This document shows positions 20,755 through 31,353 of a stretch of 64,000 nucleotides of DNA, in pieces. The stretch lies in IMG/VR virus record IMGVR_UViG_3300045988_097913; one strand, given 5' to 3'. Numbering within the stretch: position 1 is the stretch's first letter; each line of letters begins with the position of its first letter. The notes under the pieces were generated by a model. The model was not told the DNA's origin, did not search any database, and worked only from the letters and a program-made list of their open reading frames with translations. Both the position numbers and the translations under genes were made by a program. Source of the DNA: a virus.

Positions 20755-21365
20755 TTTTTTAGAATAAATTTAGGTAGTAGATTTGTAGAACCACCATCAC
20801 AACCAATTGTGCTGTTTAGTGTTAGTTGATATTGAAGCTGCAAACCATTAAAATAACCATTATAATAACGACGTTGAAATCCTATCAGGCTCATACGTCC
20901 GGGAGAAAAGTCTTCCAACCTTTTGTCATTAATGATTGCATCAATTTCATGCACGATATCGTAAAGACGATAAGCTATCGGATAGTCGGGATTATCAGAC
21001 AGAATAACACTTTGTTCATCGTGAACTACCACATCAACACACACAATAACTTTTTTATACTGCGCAACTTCTGTGGTGTAACCACCATTAAGTGTTACAG
21101 TTAAATATGTTTTTTGGTCTAATTTTGCGTCAGGAATATGCTCTAATGGATAAATATGAACGTCTGTGCATTTATCTAGGTCTTGCCCCATATAAACAAG
21201 ATTATTTACACCACCAATTCTCTCTATTTCTTCTTCGAAAGAAGTATCAAGATACGGTGATTTATTCCTTTTATAACAGGTTAAAAGCCTAACTAAACGC
21301 TCACTTCTTAGAAGTCTGTTATAAATAACTGCAAATACAATAGGACTAAGTTCTTCGTAATACAA
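20751..21365 (-). CDS. Hypothetical neck/tail-completion candidate
   Basis: ORF position only. Confidence 0.4.
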   Translation of the reverse strand: MYYEELSPIVFAVIYNRLLRSERLVRLLTCYKRNKSPYLDTSFEEEIERIGGVNNLVYMGQDLDKCTDVHIYPLEHIPDAKLDQKTYLTVTLNGGYTTEVAQYKKVIVCVDVVVHDEQSVILSDNPDYPIAYRLYDIVHEIDAIINDKRLEDFSPGRMSLIGFQRRYYNGYFNGLQLQYQLTLNSTIGCDGGSTNLLPKFILKN

Positions 21366-22367
21366 TTAAATAACACCTCCTAATTTAATCTCAAATGTTT
21401 TTACTAGCATACCATCTTGATAACAATCAACAATAAGGGGATTGTTGCTTTTATGATAGTTTTTAATTTTAAAGCTATTATTGGTAAATGTGAATGAATA
21501 ATAATCTTCTGAAACTGTTTTATCTTTGTTACATTTAAACGTATAGTTGTTCTCATCGAAAACAAACGTTTTAGAGCCATTCAAAAGAATAGTAAATTCT
21601 TCTGGCTCTTTTAGCTCTTTATCATCATTAGCCAAATCGTTCTTCGGATTGTCTGCCACATTGTAATTTTCAAAGTCTGCATAGAATTTTAACAAGCCCG
21701 GATTATCTTGAAATGTGTTCATATTTAAGAAATTGACAAATTGTCTAATCTTATATGTTACACCATTTAACATAAAACGAGTATTAATTCTATACTGGCT
21801 TGTCCAATCATTATACTGGCAAACAACTTCAATTTTGTCTTTGGCTACATCAATAACTTCTGATGTAGAAATCTGGTCTTCAACAATTTTGTATTCGATA
21901 TAGCATGGTTCACAATGAATTGTTTTTTCGTCCTCTGCTAGAGTATTAATCGTATTATTACAACGTCTAACATAAACACTGGATGAACTCTTGCGAATAT
22001 TATCACGCGAATATATAATCCAGATATTATCGTCGAAGAAATACCTTTGTCCTAGCTTTGGTCTATAATCCAAATCTTTATAAATTAATTTCTTATAGTC
22101 ATCGTTTACACGCTGACCGGTTTTAGCATCAACGAGTGATGTAATACGGATATCTATTTTATTAAATAGTTCTTCTCTTTTTTCTTCATTAGTTATAATT
22201 GTCTCAAGACCATCTGAGCCAAACTCTTTCTCTTCCCATACATCGTCCCACCAAGTAGACGCATTCTCAAAGACTTTATCAACCGTGTCTTGAAGTTGGT
22301 TTCTCCATCTTTGAGCAGGGTGTTTATTAACATTCATAAAAGTATCATAGTATGACATATATATCAC
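21366..22367 (-). CDS. Hypothetical virion-module protein
   Basis: ORF. Confidence 0.5.
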   Translation of the reverse strand: MIYMSYYDTFMNVNKHPAQRWRNQLQDTVDKVFENASTWWDDVWEEKEFGSDGLETIITNEEKREELFNKIDIRITSLVDAKTGQRVNDDYKKLIYKDLDYRPKLGQRYFFDDNIWIIYSRDNIRKSSSSVYVRRCNNTINTLAEDEKTIHCEPCYIEYKIVEDQISTSEVIDVAKDKIEVVCQYNDWTSQYRINTRFMLNGVTYKIRQFVNFLNMNTFQDNPGLLKFYADFENYNVADNPKNDLANDDKELKEPEEFTILLNGSKTFVFDENNYTFKCNKDKTVSEDYYSFTFTNNSFKIKNYHKSNNPLIVDCYQDGMLVKTFEIKLGGVI

Positions 22368-22666
22368 CTAGCCTTTTTGACCAGAGAGATACAATGGAAC
22401 ACTAGTCGTTTAACCTCTGAATGTTCAATGGGTACTTGCGAACCCTCAAGAATACTAACAACAGAAAGGAAATTTACAATACCGAACATATTGTATAACC
22501 CGTTAAATTCTCTTGTTAATCTCTTAATGTAAGCAGTATACCCAGAATAATCATTTATAGCTTCACAATCCTCAAAAATTCCAAGAATTGCAAATAATTT
22601 ATTAATTACAGATTGTTTATACTCTTGAATTTCTTTGTCAGAAAAATTAATCCCATTAAAGTCCAT
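22364..22666 (-). CDS. Hypothetical protein
   Basis: ORF. Start moved to ATG 22666, which follows GGTGGGAAACT. Confidence 0.5.
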   Translation of the reverse strand: MDFNGINFSDKEIQEYKQSVINKLFAILGIFEDCEAINDYSGYTAYIKRLTREFNGLYNMFGIVNFLSVVSILEGSQVPIEHSEVKRLVFHCISLVKKAR

Positions 22667-23207
22667 AGTTTCCCACCGCCCACTCAGCAAATGGGGTATT
22701 CTTTAAACCATAGTTTATAATTTTCTGATTTGTCTTTTCTCTCCATCTATCTGCATAATTTGCTTTCTCTTTCAAATTATTAGAAGCGGATTCACGCTTA
22801 AAGTCAGTATCTTGCAAACCACCAAGTTGAGTAGTGTCAGAAATTATAAAATCAAGCCAACATTGAACCATTAAATCTGAAAGAATAGTCTTTTCTGTTA
22901 ATGTCAATGTGTCGTTAAATTCATATTCTCCTAATTCATTTTGATGATATTGTTCAATATCTTTCTGACAATTTATAAAAAGCGGAATAGCTCTTAATAG
23001 AAAATACATAAGCAAATCATCTGCTGCTTCTGGATTATCATTAAATAGTCGTTTCAACTCGTAATCCTGTAATGAAATCAGAAATAATTTATAAATCTCG
23101 TTAAAATTTGTACCAGAAGGTTGTGTTTGCTCTGGTGGAGCGTCTGGTTCTTCAACAGGCTTATCTTCTATTTCATCATCAAACAGATTAATATTGTTCA
23201 ATCCCAT
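22656..23207 (-). CDS. Hypothetical head-tail connector candidate
   Basis: ORF position only. Confidence 0.4.
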   Translation of the reverse strand: MGLNNINLFDDEIEDKPVEEPDAPPEQTQPSGTNFNEIYKLFLISLQDYELKRLFNDNPEAADDLLMYFLLRAIPLFINCQKDIEQYHQNELGEYEFNDTLTLTEKTILSDLMVQCWLDFIISDTTQLGGLQDTDFKRESASNNLKEKANYADRWREKTNQKIINYGLKNTPFAEWAVGNYGL

Positions 23208-23233
23208 TCACCGCCTTTCTTATTTAAAATAAT

Positions 23234-23863
23234 TTAAGCAAGTGAGCGAATAGACTCTGCACGCTTACTAATATCTACGGAACACAGCTTATTAATCAAA
23301 TTAACCTTGTTATAGTCTACGTTCTTGCCATCAACAATCTGATGAGCAACACGATTTGCTACTAGGCTTTTCTGATAATCACTTGCGTTCTCAATTAAGG
23401 TTTTTACCTTGTCATCGGAATAACTGCAAATATTTTCAATATCCTTATACTTAATAATATTGTTATAAGCATAAGTCATACCGAGAAAATAAACAGCACT
23501 TGCATCCTCAATTTCAAAGTATCCTTCTTCCGCAAACTTGTGATTTATATTCACAATTTGAATCAAGTCACGATATAACACACGATTTTCGTCACCGTAC
23601 TTATTAAAAGTAACAAAGCGTCTATCCCCATAAGCAAGATTAAGAGTCCCATTAAACAGACTGCGAATACGAATGCTCTTTCCGTCCTCTGGTTCTGTAT
23701 AATCTTCTTCGGATGGGTTATCCTCGTGTGCAACTGCAACAGATTCATTTTGAGCAGAGGAAGTAGAAAAACCGCGTAGTGTAGCAAGAATCTGACCAAG
23801 CGTACCCTGCATTTCTGACATACCTTTTTCAAGGTTTTCAATTCTCTGTGTATTGGTTGCCAT
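23234..23863 (-). CDS. Hypothetical protein
   Basis: ORF with GATTGAAAGGGGT SD context. Confidence 0.5.
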   Translation of the reverse strand: MATNTQRIENLEKGMSEMQGTLGQILATLRGFSTSSAQNESVAVAHEDNPSEEDYTEPEDGKSIRIRSLFNGTLNLAYGDRRFVTFNKYGDENRVLYRDLIQIVNINHKFAEEGYFEIEDASAVYFLGMTYAYNNIIKYKDIENICSYSDDKVKTLIENASDYQKSLVANRVAHQIVDGKNVDYNKVNLINKLCSVDISKRAESIRSLA

Positions 23864-23898
23864 TTTATACCCCTTTCAATCCTTATGAATAATATATA

Positions 23899-23920
23899 CC
23901 CTACTCCCAAAAGAGTAGGG
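23899..23920 (-). terminator. Hairpin after the capsid gene
   Basis: 8-bp stem CCCTACTC/GAGTAGGG. The U tract is weak. Confidence 0.4.
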
Positions 23921-23945
23921 TAATTATTCAAAATTTAACAATCAA

Positions 23946-25037
23946 TTAGCTGACGGTGATGACACCAGCAATAGCGTTGGTAATGACACCGATACCCCAG
24001 CTCTTGTTAATGGTAGTATTGGTTGTTAGGTCTGCGTCTGCATTGCTATCAACAGTGTTAGAGGTAGTAGCACCCTCTAGGCACAGCTTAACAGGCTTCT
24101 GAGCAGAGGGGCTAATGACATAAATCTTATCATCAGGCAGAGCCAGCTTGTACTGGTCAGCAGCGGCATAATCGGCATACTGAGGCATAACCATTACATC
24201 AGTACCATAAATGTTGGAGATATAGCCAACACGAACGTAATCGGAATCAACCATCATACGCAGATTAGCAGACTGAGGAAGTAGGTCATGAACAGCACTC
24301 ATAGTACCCATCAGAATAGCGGGAGCACGGTTATAAGCAGAAACAGTCTGAATCAGCTTGATAACGCTCTTGTCAGCTAGACCAGCAACGTGTAGAGCCT
24401 CTGCGCCATTGTCCTTAACATCATCCATGGCGGTAGCAAATGCTAGAGCAATTTCCTTGGTTAGTTCTGCTTCCATAGACAGAACAGCCTTCATCAGGAA
24501 ACGAGCCATAGATTCCTTGCCACACAGAGCCTTGTACTTATTGGAAGAAACAGAAATATTGTGGTTGAAGGGGATGATGGAACGCTGACCAATATCTTCA
24601 CGCTGGAACTCAGTATTACGCTGATTCCGACCAGCCTTGGAGACAATAAACAGGTCGTTAGACTCAACATCAAACTTAAAGCTATCACCAATAGCGCCAT
24701 TACGCATTTCGGTGTAGACACTGGTAGTACGGTCTACAAAATCAGGTAGAACCATATCAATGGCTGCATCAATAACGGCCATGTATGCCCACTGGAAGGT
24801 GGGATTCTTAGCCATCATCTCAATGGAGGCAAAAGAATTATTGAAATCCAGACCAGATAGCTTCTTAACTTCTGCCATCAGTAGGTCATTAATCTTCTTC
24901 TCCTTCTCGGCAAAAGAGATAGAGGTGTCAACAGGGCCGTCGTACTGACCACGCTGCTTTGCATAGTCATTAAAATAATCCTTAATCTTTACTTCGGCAG
25001 TCATATCGCCGGAGAAAGCTAGAGTCTTCTCATTCAT
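23946..25037 (-). CDS. Major capsid protein (putative)
   Basis: 363 aa, downstream of portal and scaffold genes, followed by a hairpin. Confidence 0.55.
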   Translation of the reverse strand: MNEKTLAFSGDMTAEVKIKDYFNDYAKQRGQYDGPVDTSISFAEKEKKINDLLMAEVKKLSGLDFNNSFASIEMMAKNPTFQWAYMAVIDAAIDMVLPDFVDRTTSVYTEMRNGAIGDSFKFDVESNDLFIVSKAGRNQRNTEFQREDIGQRSIIPFNHNISVSSNKYKALCGKESMARFLMKAVLSMEAELTKEIALAFATAMDDVKDNGAEALHVAGLADKSVIKLIQTVSAYNRAPAILMGTMSAVHDLLPQSANLRMMVDSDYVRVGYISNIYGTDVMVMPQYADYAAADQYKLALPDDKIYVISPSAQKPVKLCLEGATTSNTVDSNADADLTTNTTINKSWGIGVITNAIAGVITVS

Positions 25038-25066
25038 AGTATTATTCTCCTTTTCTTAAAATATCA

Positions 25067-25612
25067 TCAAGCTACACAGACAACAAACTTGTAAGCGGTA
25101 ACTGCCTTCTTAACTAGGTTGCCATCGCCAATGTGAGCGGTAGTAGCACCCAGTGCCTTTAGATACATACCAGCAGCGGGAGCGGTAGCCTCAGCCTGTG
25201 CTTTTAGGGTGAACTTAGTAGCATCAGGAATTAGGAACTTTGCAGTAGCCATTGCAGTTGCATTAGCTGTGCTAGGAACAATAGTAAGAACATCGTCTTC
25301 AATTAGCTTGAAAGCATCAATAGGATGACCCTTGATATTTACGAAGTCGCGGATATTGTTATCAATACCCTTTAGCTCAGTGCCATCGGGTAGAGTAGTA
25401 ATAACGACTTCGGGGCTAGATGCCATCCATAGATTCTTTGCGTCTGCGGCAGGCTTGCCAGCCTTCCAAACAATCTTGCTATCAGCATCGGTAGAATACT
25501 CACTTAGAGCAAAAACTGCACCGTTGGGTACATCCTCTTCGCATACGACAGTACGGTTCCAGTTATCAACATTTAGAGCCGCATAGCCGTTCTTAATTAG
25601 AACATCATACAT
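25067..25612 (-). CDS. Hypothetical head protein (decoration candidate)
   Basis: Ala/Thr-rich 181-aa ORF between the scaffold and capsid genes. Confidence 0.4.
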   Translation of the reverse strand: MYDVLIKNGYAALNVDNWNRTVVCEEDVPNGAVFALSEYSTDADSKIVWKAGKPAADAKNLWMASSPEVVITTLPDGTELKGIDNNIRDFVNIKGHPIDAFKLIEDDVLTIVPSTANATAMATAKFLIPDATKFTLKAQAEATAPAAGMYLKALGATTAHIGDGNLVKKAVTAYKFVVCVA

Positions 25613-25642
25613 AGTAAAATTTCCTCCTAAAATTAATAATTT

Positions 25643-27307
25643 TTAATTGTCCCAAATGGAACCAGTAGATTTCTTCTTCTCTCCATAAGGTAGACCAATC
25701 TTGTGAATGTTGCCAGAGGGAGCACTAACTCGGTCAAACTCTGCGGCTTTTACCATGTTACTCCATGCGGCTACACTATCATATTCGCTAAATTTAGCGA
25801 TATAAGCATTACGTTCATCCTCAGACATTTCAACACCCTTTTCAGAGATTTCGTCTAGGACTTCACACATCTTAACCATATTAGCTTCTTGCTTTTCTTT
25901 TTCTTCTGCTGCAAACTTAAAAGCCTTTAATTCATCATAATCAGACATGGCCTCAAATTTAGCCATATATGCTTCGTTATCCTTTTTCAACTTTTCATTT
26001 TCAGCGGTTAGATTAGAAATTTCAGACATAGCTTCTTCAAGAGACATATTTTCCTTATTGTCATCATCGTCCTTGTCAGACTCATCATGACGCTCATCGG
26101 AATCATCATCTTTATCGTCTTCATCGTCAGCCATTTTCTTGTCACTGCCCATTTCAGTTTCGCAAGATTCTGTGATGGTTTCGGTTTCGCAAGCCTCTTC
26201 AACCTTTTCCTCGGTCTTTTCTTCGGTTGCTTCTGCCTCTTCGACCTTTGCTTCCTCTTCCTTTTCAGGTTCAGTAGCTTCGGCTTCTGTTACTTTCTTC
26301 TCTTCTTCCACGTTTTCACCCTCGTCCTGTTTATAATCTTCTGCAAAATATTGGTTAAATTCCTCTTCTGAGAAACCAAATTCTGCAAAATTTTCAGTAT
26401 CTAAACCAAGTTCATGATAATGTTTCAACAGGTGAGATTTAACATCTCCCTTAACAATGCCTTGCTGTGCCGCTCTTGAGAATGCAGCTTGCAGACCATC
26501 TTTATGAACAACAAGTTTGCCATCACGAATAACGTGATGAGGATACTTGAATTTAGTAATCTCATAATCATTATCAGAAAAATCACCAATCAAATATGCT
26601 TCTTTTAGCAAGGACTTTGCATTAGACGCTTCTGTAATTGGTTTGAATAGCTTCTGACCGGGATTAGACCACTCGCCACTTGTAGCGGCTTCTTTAGAAT
26701 TATCAATAGAAATTTTGTCAGCAAAATTTTCTTTAATATAATTTTCTTTATCCTCAGAGAATTTCATAAGCTGAACATTGCTTCCTTTACAAGCCTCTGC
26801 AACTTGGTCTGACAAAATAGTAATAGCTTGATATTTCCAGCTATAAACATCTGGCTTATCAAATAGGCCATTATCTTGATAATCAGTAGTGGTCATTTCA
26901 ACAGATACTTTCTTTCTGTCATTAGAACTATGAATAATATCAACAATATTTTTGGAATAGTTTTTCCAAATAAGAGCTTTAATAGTCAAGAAATTCTTGT
27001 CTCGCTCTTCATCATATTCAAAGGTGACAGGATTGTTTTCAGAGTAAACAAACCCAACCGGGATTTCTGCCTTAGAGTGAGTACCAATACCGTCATCATT
27101 CCAATCAGTAAACTCAACTACAACAGGAACATTATAAATAGTATTAGCAGTCATTTTAAGAGAATCGAAAGAAATTGGCTGAGTGTGACTATTCTCTTTT
27201 TCTGCAAATGCACGAATCTTAGTGATAGCAAATCTATCATCATCTTCAATAACATTTACGTCGTCAATACCAAATGTGAAATATAAACTTTTATTCTCCA
27301 ATCTCAT
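25643..27307 (-). CDS. Scaffold / prohead-protease-like protein with a long acidic tract
   Basis: SD TTGAAAGGGGGTGAC before ATG 27307. Has a central E/D/K low-complexity region and a coiled-coil C-terminus. Confidence 0.45.
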   Translation of the reverse strand: MRLENKSLYFTFGIDDVNVIEDDDRFAITKIRAFAEKENSHTQPISFDSLKMTANTIYNVPVVVEFTDWNDDGIGTHSKAEIPVGFVYSENNPVTFEYDEERDKNFLTIKALIWKNYSKNIVDIIHSSNDRKKVSVEMTTTDYQDNGLFDKPDVYSWKYQAITILSDQVAEACKGSNVQLMKFSEDKENYIKENFADKISIDNSKEAATSGEWSNPGQKLFKPITEASNAKSLLKEAYLIGDFSDNDYEITKFKYPHHVIRDGKLVVHKDGLQAAFSRAAQQGIVKGDVKSHLLKHYHELGLDTENFAEFGFSEEEFNQYFAEDYKQDEGENVEEEKKVTEAEATEPEKEEEAKVEEAEATEEKTEEKVEEACETETITESCETEMGSDKKMADDEDDKDDDSDERHDESDKDDDDNKENMSLEEAMSEISNLTAENEKLKKDNEAYMAKFEAMSDYDELKAFKFAAEEKEKQEANMVKMCEVLDEISEKGVEMSEDERNAYIAKFSEYDSVAAWSNMVKAAEFDRVSAPSGNIHKIGLPYGEKKKSTGSIWDN

Positions 27308-27343
27308 GTCACCCCCTTTCAATGTCAAATTTAACATATATTA

Positions 27344-27604
27344 TTACTCCATTAGACCAGCCTTAATCAGGTCGTCCACTAGAGAATTGTAAGCGCTCTT
27401 TAGAGTAGCAATTGTAACATTACCATCTAGCTTATCGTGGTGCGCAATCTTAGGCGCATCAATTACATTAGTGACGTTCTGCACATTGGTAGTAGAACCG
27501 CCACATTCATCAATAGCGTCAGAAATAGCCTGACCGACATTTAAAGACTGAGTTAGACCATTAGAGCTATTTAGAGCCTTAATCACTTCTTTAGATAGTG
27601 CCAA
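27344..27604 (-). CDS. Hypothetical protein
   Basis: ORF. Confidence 0.5.
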   Translation of the reverse strand: MALSKEVIKALNSSNGLTQSLNVGQAISDAIDECGGSTTNVQNVTNVIDAPKIAHHDKLDGNVTIATLKSAYNSLVDDLIKAGLME

Positions 27605-27618
27605 TTATATCACCTCGT

Positions 27619-29295
27619 TTACTCGTTAAATTCCTGTTTGAGTTCATTAGAACCCCTAGCCCAACTTGCTTCCGTAGACTCAGAATCACTCTCAGGTTTT
27701 GGTGGTCTACCAACGCTACCTTTAGTAAGAGGATTCTCTGGTGGTTTTGTTGTTGTGCCAGTACCAGTTCTAGTTTGCACAGGGGGAGCCAGATATTGAT
27801 TTAGAGGAATAATCATTCCTTTTACATCAAAACAACTCTTAGAAATTTGTAGATGCCTTGTGTACTCGAAAATATTCATATCGTTGCAACGAGCAGCGAG
27901 TTGCATATCTACGAATCCTATCTTAGAAAAATCATTGAATAGTGCTTTACGTTCTGCCTTTTGGTCTGGAACATTTTCGTCATGGAAACGAATTTTAAAC
28001 TTATATTTAGTGGTTCGTTGATTGATGAAAAACTCCATGAAATTAGCAAACATTGGATAAAGCGCTTCAATGGTGTTATTATCAATTGCGGATGCAAGTT
28101 TAGACTGGTGGCTATTCAGCTTTTCAGTACCAAATAGAGCTTCACTAGAAGCAATACTTTGCTTAACAACAGAACTTGCATAATCAACGTCTGAATTAGT
28201 GTTTGAAGTGCTAAAGTCTACTGCCTTAACATCATCAATAGGCAATACAGCCAAACCAATCTGACTATTCAATCCTTTACGAGCAACACCTAAAAATTTA
28301 CCAATCATCTCAGGGGTCATATTAATAGAGTTAGCAACTTGACCACTTTTCTGTTCCTTGTTAAATCCAAGGATACCAACCAAAATTTTAGAAGCATCAA
28401 TAAAGTATTTATCCTGTTGCAGACCTCTAACAACTGGTTGAAAACTTGCGTTTCCAAGAATACCCGAATAATAAGGTAAAATAGTTGCTAGTTCAGGGTC
28501 TAATTTAAAGCACCAGAACCCGTTCTCAGGAGACGTTTGTTGCCAATGCCCAAACCCAGTGTTTCTTGATTGTAAGCGTCTTGCAGGGTCGTATGGTTTA
28601 GCAAAATTCTTCTGGATACGATTTAACATACGCTTAAAGATTGGCGGATACATATCTATATCAACACCATCCATATTAATAAACCAGTTCATATCGAAAT
28701 CAAATAGGTATCCATAATCAAAACGACCTGTAATTTTACAAAACTGTTTAGGCAGCTCTTGAATAGTATATCTATCTCCCTCATCACGAAGGACTCCGAA
28801 CATTACACCTTGCCTAAAACACTGACGCAAAGCAGTTGCAAATTCTGCTCGATAATCGAATCTATTGCAAAAATCATCTACAATAGCCAAGTCTTTCTTA
28901 AATTCTTTAGACTTTAGTTCAGATTCTTTTGTAACATTGATTGGGTCGAAAGTAAGGTTAAATGCGGCTAGGTTTGGAAGATATTGTGTCATCCGCTTAA
29001 AAGACATATTTGTAATTTCAAGCGTCTGGGCATAATTAGAAAGGATTTCTTCTGAATCTTTTGCGTTTTTTAGAGCGTTTTCAATTTCTGTAACAGTTGT
29101 GTCTACTTGTGTTAAATTAATATCCTTTAACCGTCTATTAACAGCGTCGGGTGTATTATAATCGGCGCTTCTATAACTACGGTTGTAAGAATCAGAAAAA
29201 TTCATGAAATAATCATACGCATTTAGAACATCATTAACCTGTTTCTCAGACAACGTTTCTTGTTCAGTTTTCTTTTTTCTTGGCAAACATCTCAC
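27619..29295 (-). CDS. Portal protein (putative)
   Basis: 558 aa, directly downstream of terL. Confidence 0.6.
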   Translation of the reverse strand: MRCLPRKKKTEQETLSEKQVNDVLNAYDYFMNFSDSYNRSYRSADYNTPDAVNRRLKDINLTQVDTTVTEIENALKNAKDSEEILSNYAQTLEITNMSFKRMTQYLPNLAAFNLTFDPINVTKESELKSKEFKKDLAIVDDFCNRFDYRAEFATALRQCFRQGVMFGVLRDEGDRYTIQELPKQFCKITGRFDYGYLFDFDMNWFINMDGVDIDMYPPIFKRMLNRIQKNFAKPYDPARRLQSRNTGFGHWQQTSPENGFWCFKLDPELATILPYYSGILGNASFQPVVRGLQQDKYFIDASKILVGILGFNKEQKSGQVANSINMTPEMIGKFLGVARKGLNSQIGLAVLPIDDVKAVDFSTSNTNSDVDYASSVVKQSIASSEALFGTEKLNSHQSKLASAIDNNTIEALYPMFANFMEFFINQRTTKYKFKIRFHDENVPDQKAERKALFNDFSKIGFVDMQLAARCNDMNIFEYTRHLQISKSCFDVKGMIIPLNQYLAPPVQTRTGTGTTTKPPENPLTKGSVGRPPKPESDSESTEASWARGSNELKQEFNE

Positions 29296-29316
29296 CTCGC
29301 TTTCTATAAAAATAAT

Positions 29317-29848
29317 TTAACCAAAGAACGTCCAATCTAATAGACTGTTAGTTTCTTGTTTGTTAATATACTGGTCTTCTAGTAACTTGGCGTACCAAAG
29401 ACCATAAGCCAAAGACATAACACGGTCTTTACGATTCCCAGCTTTTTCCTTTAGGTTAATATAGCCCTGAGTAACCACCTGTTCCAAACTAATTGCCTCA
29501 TCAACAAGCCGATTAGTTTGTACATAAGGATTCATAAGACGTTTCTTTAAATCCTCGTCTTCAATCTTATAATACTGATAGTTCTTCATCATATAATCAA
29601 GACCCTCTTGACTATCAACAAGTAGATTAACTCGCCCATCAGTAATCAAATCACGCATATTACTGAACATAGCAGACTTCAACTGGATTGGAGTTTTAAC
29701 AGAATAAATTACAGGAACCGCATTTCTATCAATAGTGCGATTAACCATTTTAATATCTTCTGGGTTAACCACTGTCCACGCTGGGTAAGTAACGCCACGA
29801 TTTTCATCATAGGTTTCTGTAGTGGCATAGTCAAAAATAGAAATACCT
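29317..29848 (-). CDS. terL: Terminase large subunit, exon 2
   Basis: The frame is open upstream of the tracked start (GISIFDYATTETYDENRGVTYPAWTVVNPED). Joins exon 1 to give ILDTQGV-GISIFDY. Confidence 0.8.
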
Positions 29849-30109
29849 CATTTATTATCTTTAGAGCTTTTTATCTCTAAATTCTAATACTTATTATTCG
29901 CATTAGTTTAGCATATCTTTTCATCCTAAATTTAAATAGGAGTTGCGGACTCTTGGAGATGTTATATTCTATAAATAGTTTCAATCTCTATGCGTTGTGT
30001 GTGTTATATATATTATTATATAACTTCCACTCTGATTGGCATTCCAGCCTTCCAGTTTTCTTCCGCAATACTTAATTATATATTACTATATAATTGGCGC
30101 AAGCATTTC
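29849..30109 (-). mobile_element. ORF-less group I intron in terL
   Basis: Exon GGCGU pairs with guide GCGCC (U.G). P-like AUUGCGGAAG and S-like AAGAUAUGCUAA. Ends ..AAAUG. 261 nt. Exon lengths sum to 1776 nt (592 codons). Confidence 0.8.
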
Positions 30110-31353
30110 ACGCCTTGTGTATCAAGTATCATGTAATCGCATTCAAACTCATAAAATAATTGTTTCATTCTCTTAGTTTGAGCGATTGAGTTTAGACCGT
30201 GCATACTATCTGCGTATGGCACAATAATTGTATATCTTCCACTATCAGGAATTAACCTAATAATAAAAAATGCAGTATTGTCGTTCTTGCTAGATTCAAT
30301 AACAGCAACGTCCATACATAGTAACCTAATTTCATTAGGTAGTTTTTCTTGATAGTAAGGATATTTTTCTCTACAATCTTTATACTGAATATACTCTTCA
30401 TCAGACATACAGCAGAATGCCTTAGAGTTAGTTCTAACTCTATCCATCATTTTATATGTGAAATAAGAATTACCAGTGCCACGTTCAGGTATACAGTTAT
30501 ATTCTGCTTGCAAAATATTTATATTTTCGAGGTTGGACTTGAAAGTGTCTTCAACCTTCTTTTTACTTATAAACCCATTTTTAACACCAAGAACATAACT
30601 AACAACTGTTGCACAATAATCTCTATTACCGTCCGTCATCCAGTCTATATAATCCTCAAATGTTTTATAAGACCATTCATCAGCTCGTCTGATAGAAGAT
30701 AGATAAACTTTCCTTAATTCTTCTTTTTTATATTCTTCTGCTCGTTCTTCTCTTGTTAAATCAAGATACCTTGGTTTTCTTGGGTCGGAAAGCATTGGGT
30801 CAAAAACACGAGTAATTACTTCTTTTTCTGTACGAACAAATTCATCAACAATAAGTATGTTTGCGCGTAACCCCAATGCATTTTCACTGTACGTCGCAGT
30901 AAAAATTGTAGAACCATTTTTGAACGGAACTTGACATTCATTAACGCCAATCTTAATCTCATCAACTTTGATTTCCTGTTCTAGGTTCTTACTCATTCGC
31001 ATATACTCGTAAATCTTCTTAACGAATTGTTTACTCTGTGATTTAACAGGACAAACAACAAGAATTTTGAGACCGGGATAAAGAATCGCCATTTGGCAAC
31101 AGAAATCTAACGTCAGAGAAGATTTCGCTATGCCTCTGCTTCCTATAAATATATAGTTTGCTGTATTATTCATTTCCCAAATTAAAACTTTTTGAAAATC
31201 ATACAATGGCAAACCTAGATATTCAGTAATAAATCTTTGAGGATTTGCTCTCCAATATCCAACCCATGCTTCAAAATTTTCATTGTATTGCTCTTGAAGT
31301 GTAGCACGTTTTTTCTTTAGTCTTCGGATTGTGATTTTGTCTGACTCTGACAT
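30110..31353 (-). CDS. terL: Terminase large subunit, exon 1
   Basis: Walker A GSRGIAKS, Walker B ILIVDEF, nuclease motif LLCMDVA. Confidence 0.85.
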
